Assembly (NCBI GenBank): GCA_951406725.2
Contig: OX597830.1
Coordinates: 33,046,001 to 33,110,000, forward strand
Source of the DNA: Octopus vulgaris
Taxonomy: Eukaryota
Length of the DNA stretch: 64,000 bases
Direction of reading: 5' to 3'
The notes below the pieces were generated by a model that saw only the letters and a list, made by a program, of their open reading frames with translations, had not been told where the DNA came from and searched no databases. Shown in pieces: positions 51,911 to 64,000 of this stretch. Made by a program: the position numbers and the translations under genes. Position 1 is the stretch's first letter. Every line of letters starts with the position of its first letter.

Positions 51911-52854
51911 ATTTTGTTTTGTCCAGGAGTCTCTTCTTATAGTAGAAGAAATAGCTAAGGTTCTTTGGCTGCTATTTCTGAACATTAGTATGTGGTAAAG
52001 CAAATCTTTGCTGGACCCTAATTATAATTATACTTGTAATTATAAAATATAGTTTAAATTTACCGAAAAATGGTCCTTTTTCATGCCGAATTCTACCTGG
52101 TAGAATTATTAATTACTAGTTAATTAATTAATTTTATACTTAATTATTATTGATTATATATATATATATATATATATAATATTTACCATGTGAGGTACGA
52201 TGAAAAAATATGAGAAAGATATGGTATATAGTTTTTTTTTTTTAGCAGGGATTCTTTGAGACATGTAATTTATTTTAAGGGTTATGCAAGGATAAAAAAG
52301 TTTGAGGAACAATGCTGTGGAGACTTAAGGGAAGTACATATTTGAAGAGGTCTGCCCAGCTGGGACCTTTGCCTCTCCTAAAATTTTGTTATCAAAGAGC
52401 TTTTAAAGGAAAATTGCATGTTTTCATGACATTTGCAGTAAGCACATGTGTGTGTGTGAGTGAGTCTGTGTGTGAGGTAAGTGGGTAGTCAGTTACATCA
52501 ATCCCAGTGCTCAATTGGGGCTTGTTTTATCGATCCCATGAGGACGAAAGGTAAAGTGGACCTTTGTAGAATTTCAAATGAGAATTTAAAGATGGACAAA
52601 ATACTTCTAAGCATTTTATCTGGTGGTCTAAGTATTCTGCTTTCTTGCCTCATTACTACCACTACTACTACTACAACTACTAATATCACCACCACCACTA
52701 CAACTACCACCACCACCACGACCACGACCACTGCCACCATCACTACCACCACAACCACCACCACCACCAAAACCACCACCACCACCACTACTTTTAAAGA
52801 TAGTTTTATTTTTGTTATTGCTACTAAAACTGTTAATATTATTATTATTATTAT

Positions 52855-52885
<31 letters not shown>

Positions 52886-52910
52886 TGTAGTATCATTATC
52901 ATTATTATTA

Positions 52911-53125
52911 AGGTGGCAAGCTGGCAGAGTCGTTAGCACACTGGACAAAATGTTTAATGGTATTTAACCTGTCACTACGTTCGGATTTCAAATTCCGCTG
53001 GGATCGACTTTGCCTTTCATCCTTTCGGACTCGATAAATTAAGAACCAGTTGCGTACAGGGGTTGATGTAATCGACTTAATCCCTTCCCCCAAAACTTGA
53101 GTCCTTATGCTTCCAGTAGAAAGGG
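52911..53125 (+). mobile_element. SINE-B
   Basis: Full head, cgactttgcctttcatcctttcggactcgataaattaag core, tail agtagaaagggttat. Confidence 0.88.
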
Positions 53126-53155
53126 TTATCATTATCATCATCATCATCATCATCA

Positions 53156-53199
<44 letters not shown>

Positions 53200-53308
53200 G
53201 TTATTGCTACTACCACTGTTATCATTACTAATACTACTACTACCACCACCACCACCATTACCACCACTACCACTGCTGCTGCTGCTACTAGTACTACTAC
53301 TATTACTC

Positions 53309-53366
<58 letters not shown>

Positions 53367-54239
53367 CATTATTACCACAACAATTATCATCACCATTACT
53401 ATTCTAATCATAATCAAAACACTGAATATCATTGATGAAACCACCTCCTCCTTTGTTATCTTCATCATCATCATCATCATCATCATCATAATTCTCATCA
53501 CCATCACCATTACCATCATCATCATGGCAGCCATTCAGTATCTAACGGAGAATCAAAGGGAAAGAAACGTGATCAAGGATTGTATTTTTTTTTTTCCAAA
53601 ACGTAATATGTGTCTGTGTGTCTGGGACGGACAAGGTGCTTCTGTGTGCATGTATGCATGTGTGTATTTATATGTGTACGTCTGTATACACGTATGTGTG
53701 CGTGTCTGTAAGCATGTGTATATGCATGTATATACGTGTATGTAAATATGTATGCGAGGGCATGTGTGCGTACATATAAATATACTCAGAGTGTGTGTGT
53801 GTGTGTATATGCGTGTATGTGCATATGTGTGTGTATGTGTGCATATATGTGCATATATACATATATACATACGATTCTTTTGTATTACTTCGAGCATGTA
53901 GCCGATATGGCCTCACCGACTTGGCATCTGGCATATTGAGGACGAGTTAACAACTTAATAAGTGAGTTATTGCATGGCTGTGATCTCCTTTAATGGAATA
54001 TAATTGCTCACATAATCTCGAGGCTGTAATCACGGCGAATAAATAATAATTTCATGAAAGTTAGATTGCTGAACTGCTTAACCAAAGTATTAGCTCTCCG
54101 CAAACTTCTGCAAATAGAGGACATAATTTTCCTCTATTTCACTTTTGGTTTTATTTGCCTTCTGTCTCAGTATATTTATCATTTCAATAATTTTACATTT
54201 TTACCTATTTATTTCTTACATTTATTTTTATATATTGTT

Positions 54240-54735
<496 letters not shown>

Positions 54736-55367
54736 CAAAGCAGTTCTCAGCAAACTAAATGATTAGTGTCCTCTCAAGTAAATTACCTCCTCCCCAACCC
54801 CACCCCTTTCACACACTAATTCTTAAGGTCTGAAAGGGCATTTCTTACTTATTTTCTTCAAATATGTTACTCTATTTTATTTAGACCTCAAGTATGTTAC
54901 TCAGTATTGTTTCTGGAGTGAACAACATTCATACACACACACACGCACACACACATACACCTACACACACATGCATACACCTATTCCCGCATAAACACAC
55001 AAGCATACACACTCACTGAAACAACCACATACACATACATACACACACACAATGACTTTTATAAATGTATATATATAAATGCATATTATATAAGTAGATA
55101 TATGTGTGCATATATATATAATGCGTATGTATATACATATGAGTGTATATGTATGTATATATATATATACATTTAAAATGAAGGTGAAAAATTGAATAAT
55201 AATTTGATTAATATCAATTTAAAACCAGTGGTCTAGCATATTAAAATCTGAAGGTTCAGAAAATTATATTACATACATATAAGAGGGATGACCACAACGT
55301 GGACAACCCTTATGCTAGAAGTAGATCCGCTATGGCCTTACCACTAATCCCTCTTTTATGTATGTAG

Positions 55368-55414
<47 letters not shown>

Positions 55415-56096
55415 AATACAAAAATAGACAGTCAATTAGATAGATGACATCACAAAAGTATTAACCAAAGTCCAGTAAAAATATTAAGCTCATTCTACAA
55501 TCACCAGATAAAGAAAAATGAAATGGGAAATAGCCAACTTCAGCCTTAACAGTCACCTGACTTTGACATGGCAGATCAAATATGAAGAACTGCCACACAA
55601 ATTATCAATGAAAAGGATCCATTAAAAATTTGGTCAAAATAAGAATGGAATTCTTTCATTCTTTTATTGGTTTCAGTCATTTTGACTGCAGCCATGCTGG
55701 AGCACCGCCTTTAGTCAAACAAATCGACCATAGGACTTATTCTTTGTAAGCCTAGTACTTATTTTATTGGTCTCTTTTGCCGAACTGCAAAACTACAAGG
55801 ACCTAAACACACCAGCATCGGTTGTCAATAAACATGCACATACATGCATACATACATACATACATACATACATACATACATACATACATACATACATACA
55901 TGATGTGACAATCTCTTCAAAAATCAAAGACAAAGAGGATAATTATGGACAACTGCTTTGAAACCCCAGCCTCCATATCCAAATGATAAATTGACATTTA
56001 TACCAATAATAATTGGTGGACTTCATTTTGTGAGTAAATGCTGAAATGAAATTCCGGATAAGCAAGGCTTTTAGTTAATTCTTATATTTCAAAATA

Positions 56097-57764
56097 CAGT
56101 AAGCCCTTGTTTATTGTGGGTGTTATGTTCCAAAGACCCCCAATCTAATAATGATTAAAATCTCAAAAAATATAAATACCTATTGGCTACAGAAACCCTT
56201 CAGAACACTGCGAGATGTGTAAACATGATTAATGAAAGCAAATGTAACAATTTCAGACCTATTCAACCCGTGCTATAAAAAAAAAAAATGTGAAAATGAA
56301 TTAGAATGATTCTGATGTCACTGATGATGGCGATGATGATGGTAGTGATGGTGGTGGTGGTGGTGGTGGTGGTGGTGGTGGTGATGTTACTATGAGTGTA
56401 GTTATTTAATTAAAATTTTTTTTTTAAATAATGATTAAAAGCTTAGAACATATAAATACCTATTGGCTACAGAAACCCACAATATACTCAGGATTCCATG
56501 ATATAAATTTACATATATTAACCAGAAAAATCTACGATGTACTGAGAGTGTGATTGGTGGACTGCAATGTACTGAGTGCACGATAGGTGAACTGTGATAT
56601 ACTGAGTGCATGATAGATAAACCATGATGTACTGAGAGTGAGGCAGTTGAACCACAATGTACTGAGTGCGTGATAGATGAACCACGATGTACTGAGTGTG
56701 TGGTAGGTGAACCGTGATAGCAGTAGGTGAACTGTGATGTACTGAGTGTGCAGTAGGTGAACCGCAATGTACTGAGTGTGTGGTAGGTAAACCATGATGT
56801 ACTGAGTGTGCGATAGATGAACCATGATGTACTGAGTATGTAATAGATGAACCATGGTGTACTGAGTGCACGATAGGTGAACTATGATGTACTGAGTGTG
56901 CAATAGCTGAACCATGATGTACTGAGTATGTAATAGATGAACCATGATGTACTGAGTGCACGATAGGTGAACTATGATGTACTGAGTGTGCGATAGGAGA
57001 ACCATGATGTACTGAGTGTGCGATAGGTGAACCATGATGTACTGAGTATGTAATAGATGAACCATGATGTACTGAGTGCACGATAGGTGAACTATGATGT
57101 ACTGAGTGTGCGATAGAAGAACCATGATGTACTGAGTGTGTGATAGATGAACCATGATGTACTGAGTATGTAATAGATGAACCATGATATACTGAGTGCG
57201 CGATAGGTGAACCATGATGTACTGAGTGTGCGATAGGTAAACCATGATGTACTGAGTATGTAATAGATGAACTATGATATACTGAGTGAACTATGATGTA
57301 CTGAGTTTGTGATAGGTGAACCATGATGTACTGAGTGTGTGATAGGTGAACTATTATGTCCTGAGTGTGTGATAGGTGAACTATGATGTACTGAGTGAGT
57401 GTTAGGTGAACTGTGATATACTGAGTGCGTGTTAGGTGAACCATGATGCACTGAGTGGGTGATAGGTGAACCACAATGTGCTGAGTGTGCAATAGATGAA
57501 CTATGATGTACTGAGTGTGTGATAGGTGAACCATGAAGTACTGAGTATGCAATAGATGAACCATGATGTACTGAGTGCGCGATAGGTGAACTATGATGTA
57601 CTGAGTGTGTGATAGGTGAACCATGATGTATTAAGTGTGTGATAGGTAAACTGTGATGTACTAAGTGCACAATAGGTAAACCGCGATGTACTGAGTGTGT
57701 GATAAGTGGACCATGATGTACTGAAGGCACGATAGGTGAACTGTGATATGGCGAGGAATTACTG
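56097..57764. mobile_element. Tigger/pogo-like non-autonomous element with internal minisatellite
   Basis: Left ta|cagtaagcccttgtttattgtgggtgttatgttccaaagacccc; right reverse complement cagtaattcctcgccatatcacagttcacc; resembles MER2/Tigger-type termini. Confidence 0.72.
56530..57750. repeat. 30-bp minisatellite, ~41 units
   Basis: Consensus accatgatgtactgagtgtgcgataggtga, exact 30-bp period with short-unit phase shifts near 56715 and 57290. Confidence 0.97.
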
Positions 57765-58053
57765 CACAATCTGTAACTGGAACAGTAAGAATATGCAAGA
57801 CTTTTCCCAAGTTTAAAATGTGAATTTCTCTTTCTTATCTACATTCTAGCAAAGGAACTTTGTATCTTTGTTAGAAATCAGTTCCCTTCTTTACGGAAGA
57901 TATTTATTAATTAAAAACAGAAGAGAACACACATTCATGTTTGTGCAAGTTTGTGTTTGTGTGCATGTCTATGTGTGTGTGTATACTTACATATAAAACA
58001 AGACCATACTAGAGGATGAAAATGCATACACATACACAAATGTGTATATATAA

Positions 58054-58101
<48 letters not shown>

Positions 58102-58139
58102 GCATACATAAATATATATATATAAATTTTTTTTTAAGA

Positions 58140-58370
58140 ATGAGATAAAAAAACCAAGGCTATGAAGATTTTAGAACATTTATAAATAGGTCTTACAGCT
58201 GTTTCCATGATATTTATTATATCCCTTCTTCGGAGACGGTGTGAGAAAATAGTTAAGCAATAGTTAATTTAGATAAGATACGAAATAGAGGGTGAAGTGG
58301 AGGAATGAAAATAGATGTGAGATATGCAGGGATATTGCATTTGTAGATCCATTATTTAGGCAGAATATAT
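58140..58370 (-). mobile_element. Penelope-terminus-like element with hammerhead motif (58190-58237)
   Basis: Minus strand gtct-CCGAAGA-a-ggGATAT aataa ATATCatg-GAAACAGCTGTA-agac: palindromic stem III ACAGCTGT and GUA cleavage triplet. Confidence 0.68.
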
Positions 58371-58600
58371 TTATGTACATATATACATAAATATATGTAT
58401 ATATGTACATGTGTCAGTGTGTATACGAAGAGGTGTTCCTGGTAATTAACTAATCCTCATGTATTTTCTTTCATCAAAAGCTGGGAACTTTGCAGCACTC
58501 TCTCATACATATGTATGTATGAGTGTGCTATATCTATATCTATATCTATATCTGTCTGTCTGTCTGTCTCTTTCTCTCTCTCTCTCTCTATCTCTCTATC

Positions 58601-58638
<38 letters not shown>

Positions 58639-58654
58639 CATGTTCTTTTATTAT

Positions 58655-58826
58655 TCTATTTGTTTTTTTCAGTCATTTGACTGTGGCCATGCTGGGGTAC
58701 CACACTTAGTCAAGCAAATCGATCCCAGGACTTATTCTTTGTAAGACTAGTACTTATTCTATCAGTCTCTTTTGCTGAACCATTAATTTACGGGGGGTGT
58801 AAACACACACACACACACACACACAT

Positions 58827-58859
<33 letters not shown>

Positions 58860-59024
58860 CACGATGGACTTCTTTAAGTTTCTCTCTACCAAATCCACTC
58901 ACAAAGCTTTTATCAGCCTGAGGATATATAAGAAAACACTTACCCAAGGTGCCATGCAGTGAGACTAAACCCGGAACCATGTGGTTGGTAAGCAAGCTGC
59001 TTACCACACAGCCACTCCTGCACC
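58655..59024 (-). mobile_element. SINE-A, near full length (3' fragment also at ~55655-55830)
   Basis: Reverse complement colinear with other SINE-A copies. Confidence 0.9.
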
Positions 59025-59867
59025 TATATATATTTAGATAGATAAATATATAGGTTAGCAGAGAGATAGATAGCTAGATAGATTGATAGACAGACAAACA
59101 GACAAATAGATATATGAAATGTACAAAACACTTGAAACAAATATCAAGAAAGCCAATATTGAAAGGGGTTCCAGTTGGAATTTTACCAATAACTGTTGAG
59201 TGAATAAGGCATATTCTTGCAGATATATTGTTTTAGCAGAGAATCCATAAAATATAATTGTATGTGCTCGTACACATGTGTATGTGCATGTATATGTGTG
59301 TGTGTGTATGTGTGTGCATGCATAATTTTTGTCTGCAATAATGCAACTTTGGGTCCACACCAGTTTTGTGTTCTGCACTAATCTTGTCTAAAGTCTGTCT
59401 TTCATTTTATAATCTTGACAATTATAATGCGCACAACATACCAAGTTCAACCTTCAGAACACTGCGAGATGTGTAAACATGATTAATGAAAGCAAATGTA
59501 ATAATTTCAGACCTATTCAACCCGTGCTGTAAAAAAAAAAAAATGCGAAAATGAATTAGAATGATTCTGATGTCACTGATGATGACAATGATGATGGTAG
59601 TGGTGGTGGTGGTGGTGGTGGTTTTGGTGGTGATGTTACTATGAGTGTAGTTATTTAATTCAAATTTTTAAAAAAATATTTTTTAAGAAAATGATTTGCT
59701 CAAATTACCAAGAATGCTGAGGCAAACAGTTCAAAAGGAAAACACTAATAGCAATATTTGTTCAATAAAGCTGGTTAAGATGTTGATGATTAACATTCTA
59801 GTTGCAGAAACGATAATGATAATAATAACAACAACAACAACAACAATATTAATAATAATAATAATAA

Positions 59868-60335
59868 TCCTTTCTACTATAGAAACAAGACCTGAAATTT
59901 GATGGGGAGGTGGGGCCAGTTGATTAGATTGACCCCAGTACACAACTAGTACTTAATTTATTGACCCTGAAAAGATGAAAGGCAAAGTCGACTTTGATGG
60001 AATTTGAACTCAGAATGGAGCAATGGGCAAAATACTGCTTAGCATTTTGCCCAATGGGCTAATGATTCTGTCAGCTCACCAACTTAGATAATAATAATAA
60101 TGATAATAATAATAATAACCTTTTCTACTATAGGCACAAGGCCTGAAATTGTGGGTGAGGGGAATAATCAATTACATTGACTCCAGTATGCAACTGGTAC
60201 TTAATTTATCAACCCTGAAAGGATGAAAGGTAAAGTTGACCTCGATGTAATTTGAACTCAGAACATAGCAACAGGACAGGAAAAGTATCGTTTATCACTT
60301 TCTCCAGTGTACTAACGACTCTACCAGCTCACCAC
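59868..60335 (-). mobile_element. Two tandem SINE-B copies
   Basis: tttctactatag...gtacttaatttat..accctgaaa.gatgaaagg occurs twice. Confidence 0.88.
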
Positions 60336-60529
60336 TTTAAATATAAGGATAATAATGATGCCCTGATGCAGTATCAGGCAGTGGCTCTCATGGTTTCTCA
60401 TCTTAACTGATTGCAAGTGTTAACATGTTTTGTCTTCAAATAAAAGATGGGTTACAGCAAATATCCTGCTCAGTATCACAGATTTGCTTGTCAGTTGCTT
60501 GACCTCAAGCATTTTGCCCAGTTTGCCAT

Positions 60530-60925
60530 TATCATCATCATCATAATTTAACGTCCACTTTCCATGCTAGCATGAGTTGGACGATTTGACTGAGGGTTGG
60601 CAAACCAGATGGCTGCACCGGGCTCCAATCTGATCTGGCAGAGTTACTACAGCTGGATGCCATTCCTAATACCAACCACCCCGAGAGTGTACTGGGTGCT
60701 TTTACATGTCACCGGCATGAGGGCCACTCAGGTGATACTGGCAATGGCCACACTCAAATGGTGTTTTTTATGTGCCACCTGCACAGGAGCCAATCCAGTG
60801 GCACTGGCAACAACCTCGCGCAAATGTTTTCCATGTGCCACCAGCACAAGTGCCAGTAGGGTGACACTGGTGACAATCATGCTCAAATGGTGCTTTTTAC
60901 ATGCTCCCAGCATGGAATGTGCCAA
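60530..60925 (-). mobile_element. RTE 3'UTR copy with tandem array
   Basis: (CAT)n-ttaacgtccactttccatgctagcat...ggatgcc..cctaat..., then repeated ggtg(c)tttt.a..tg.cacc units. Confidence 0.88.
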
Positions 60926-60936
60926 ATAATAATAAC

Positions 60937-60989
<53 letters not shown>

Positions 60990-60990
<1 letters not shown>

Positions 60991-61200
60991 CCTTTGGTGA
61001 CCGGAATTTTGGGCTCAGTCCCATTGAAATTTCAAGACTTCTTAAGGCAACTGGAAATCCCATGTAAGATTGATGTCTTGCAAAAAGCAGCCTTATTGGG
61101 CACAGTGCATATCTAACAGAAAGTATTATCTGTCTCAGGTCCTTGTTGTGACTTGACAGATGACTCCAGAGTATTTTTACCTACACTGTGTTATGAAGGA
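60990..61200 (+). mobile_element. R4/Dong-like non-LTR element 3' end in (TAA)n
   Basis: PLVTGILGSVP...LEIPCKIDVLQKAALLGTVHI*QKVL matches the R4/Dong RLE C-terminus (PIVxGALG...QKxxLLGTAHILRKVL); (AAT)n on both sides. Confidence 0.82.
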
Positions 61201-61218
61201 ATAATAATAATAATATTA

Positions 61219-61269
<51 letters not shown>

Positions 61270-61280
61270 GTAATAATAAC

Positions 61281-61550
61281 ATGGGTGTTTCGTTCAATGT
61301 CCTTAAACAACCCTTATTCAGGGACCTTTTGAGCGGGATGGGTTACTCGATCTGAAGAAAATTCTAACTGGGCTCCACCTGCAAGGTCATGTGCTGTTTA
61401 TCTTGATATGAGATCACCATGTCGCGCACATATGGTTGTGATGCATGTGCCTGGTGTACCCTTATCAGACGGGTAGTCATGATGGGTATACTGGGCTTCG
61501 TATATTTTACCCCAGTGTCACTTTGATGGCATGCTCTGCTCGCTCACTCA
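61281..61550 (+). mobile_element. Unclassified insertion in (TAA)n
   Basis: ~270 bp complex sequence bounded by (AAT)n on both sides, ending ctcactc-aataataat like its neighbours. Confidence 0.55.
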
Positions 61551-61565
61551 ATAATAATAATAATA

Positions 61566-61905
61566 ATTGTCACAGGTGCCCTGGGAATGATAGCAAAAGG
61601 GGCTGATTCCTACGTAGCTCAGATACCAAGAAACACCAAAATGGCAGAAATTCAAAAGATAGTGCTCATGAAAACTGCTCATATCCTACACATTATACTT
61701 TCTATGCAATCTCAAGTTTTAAAACAAACATAATTTTCTTATGGTTTCTTAAACATTCTCTAGAACAACACTATGTACAAAACCAAATATATGGCACCCT
61801 AGGCATAACACCAACATTAACTTCTAACTTGTTGTCTCTTGAGGTCTCTGGGTGAGACTTGGAGCCAACTTGTACAAATGTAAAGCAAAAGTTAAACATA
61901 AAATA
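61566..61905 (+). mobile_element. Second R4/Dong-like 3' end (different subfamily)
   Basis: IVTGALGMIAKG...AEIQKIVLMKTAHILHIILS; 3'UTR motif aggtctctgggtgagacttg resembles aggtccttgttgtgacttg of the 60990 copy. Confidence 0.82.
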
Positions 61906-61924
61906 ACGATGATGATGATAATAG

Positions 61925-62387
61925 GGTGCCAAGCAGGCAGAATCATTAGCATGCCAGGCGTAATACTTAGTGGCATTTTGTCTGCCGTTACATTCTGAGC
62001 TCAAATTCTGCCAAGGTCGACTTTTCCTTTCATCCTTTTGGGGGACGATTAAATAAGTACCAGTTACATACTGGGGTCGATGTGATCAACTTAATTCCTT
62101 TGTCTGTCTTTGTTTGATTCCTCTATGTCTAGCCCCCTGTGGGCAATAAAGAAATAAATAATAATAGTAAAAATAATAAATAATCTTTTCTACAATAGGC
62201 ACAGGGCCTGAAATTTGGGGGAAGGAGGCTAGTTGATTACATCGACCCCAGTGTGAAACTGGTACTTATTTTATTGGCCCCAAAAAGATGAAAGGCACAG
62301 TTGAATTCAGCAGAATTTGAACTCAGAATGTAAAAATGGATATAAATTCTGCTGCGCGTTTTGCCCTGCCTGCTAACGATTCTGCCG
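61925..62387. mobile_element. Tail-to-tail pair of SINE-B copies (+ 61925-62155; - 62183-62387)
   Basis: Nin-like core on each strand, with different tail types. Confidence 0.85.
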
Positions 62388-62708
62388 ATGAGAAGAAGAA
62401 GAAGAAGAAGAAGAAGACAATAATGAAAAATTTTTTCATTAATATTATTACGAAGTTGATAGATGAGGGGACATTACAGTGACAAGTTACAAAAATGTGT
62501 GTGTGGAGGGCAGTTTAATACAAACAGTTACACCACGAGCAACTCTCACACTAGTACCACCCATCACCACTACTACTACTACTACTTCTAATAATAATAA
62601 TAATAATAATAATAGTAAGAATAATAATAGCAATAATAACTGATTCCATTACTTGTTCATTATTATTAATAACATCAAAGGTAATAATTAGAAAAAGGAA
62701 AAAATGTG

Positions 62709-62742
<34 letters not shown>

Positions 62743-62860
62743 CGACGACGACGTTGATGATGACGACGATGATGGTTATGAAAAACAATGACATTGATTA
62801 TGTCGATAATGCTGATGATGATCTAAATCAACAATCAGACAAGAGAACAAACAAAACCAG

Positions 62861-62893
<33 letters not shown>

Positions 62894-63351
62894 GTGATGA
62901 GGAGGAGTGGAAGGGGCTGGAGGTCGGAGGGGGGTTGGAGATGCAGTGTATGTGAGTGTGTGGGAGTGTGTGCAGTAGTTGCAACTTCGCTCCAGTTCAC
63001 TCATTGTCTCATTGAAATTAGAAATATCCAAAAATCTGCTGAGAAATTCTTCTACATCCACACATGGTTGATTTCGGTAATTAAAGCCTCCTTGATTTGT
63101 CTCTCTACTCTTTTTAGATTCCGCAAACTGACTGCCATTTATTACTCTTAATTTCTTCTGTGTCTCTTTTTACCGATCTTCACAAATGATCTTCTCTAGT
63201 GGATGATGCCAACCAAACAAAGCGCACGCATTGCTATAAGATCACAGCACAAAAGAAAAGATTTGACTAATCTTATATCTGGACTCCTATAGAATTCATG
63301 GGAAGATGAAATGGTTGGCTTGGTGTGTATGTGTAGGAATGTGTGTATGTA

Positions 63352-63396
<45 letters not shown>

Positions 63397-63495
63397 TAGT
63401 TGTAGAAAGGGCTCAGGGTTGGGGAAGAAAATAAATAAACTTCCATCTCAAGTCGGAAAATAAATGAAAACAGTGCAAAACTGACTATGATGATG

Positions 63496-63571
<76 letters not shown>

Positions 63572-63705
63572 TAGTGTTGGTGATGATTAAAATAATAATA
63601 ATAATAATAAATGATTATAATAATGGTAATAATTTAAAGGGACTGGTTGTGAGAAATACAATCAATTAGATGTATTAGGCTAAGTTTATCCATCTATCAT
63701 CTATC

Positions 63706-63770
<65 letters not shown>

Positions 63771-63912
63771 GTTTGTCTATCTATTTATCTCCCTCTCTCT
63801 CCCTCTGTGAATGTGTGTATACACATATAGATAGATGTACAGATATAAGATGTGTGTAGTTACATACATATTTTCATATATATATACATACATTTGTAGG
63901 TATATGTGTGTG

Positions 63913-63987
<75 letters not shown>

Positions 63988-64000
63988 GCACACTCACACA

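Noticed and set aside
56530-57750. CRISPR-like appearance of ~30-bp repeats
   Set aside because: Units are contiguous with no unique spacers, there are no cas genes, and the context is eukaryotic.
56518-57769. 368-aa and overlapping His-rich ORFs (SVHHGSPIAH / HTQYIMVHLS repeats), superficially like His-rich structural proteins
   Set aside because: Two frames are open simply because the 30-bp unit lacks stops. There is no signal peptide, the ORF lies inside a transposon-derived minisatellite, and variation is mostly CpG-type decay.

Overview
AT-rich, microsatellite-saturated eukaryotic DNA, with no host protein-coding exon, rRNA, intact tRNA or CRISPR array that I can support. It reads as a large intron or intergenic region. 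The repeat repertoire suggests an octopus/coleoid cephalopod genome (inference from recall of such repeats, not a database result). Nearly all ORF-track entries are translations of simple repeats. The identifiable content is mobile DNA. There are two very abundant tRNA-derived SINE families (called SINE-A and SINE-B here; my labels) plus two rarer ones. LINE remnants include CR1-like, RTE (one with a PHD finger inside the RT region and a structured tandem 3'UTR array), R4/Dong-like copies in (TAA)n, and a possible Penelope RT. DNA transposons include a mariner 5' end and MITEs of Tc1, hAT, piggyBac, Mutator-like and Tigger type; the Tigger-like one has spawned a 30-bp minisatellite. The most unusual layer is a set of about 150-270 bp non-coding elements carrying decayed or variant minimal type-I hammerhead ribozyme motifs of the Penelope/retrozyme kind. 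One is fused to an inverted tRNA-like head, and one palindrome is built from a hammerhead 3' half. All structures were read by eye, none has a fully canonical catalytic core, and repeat boundaries are approximate (about 10-20 bp) unless termini/TSDs are quoted.
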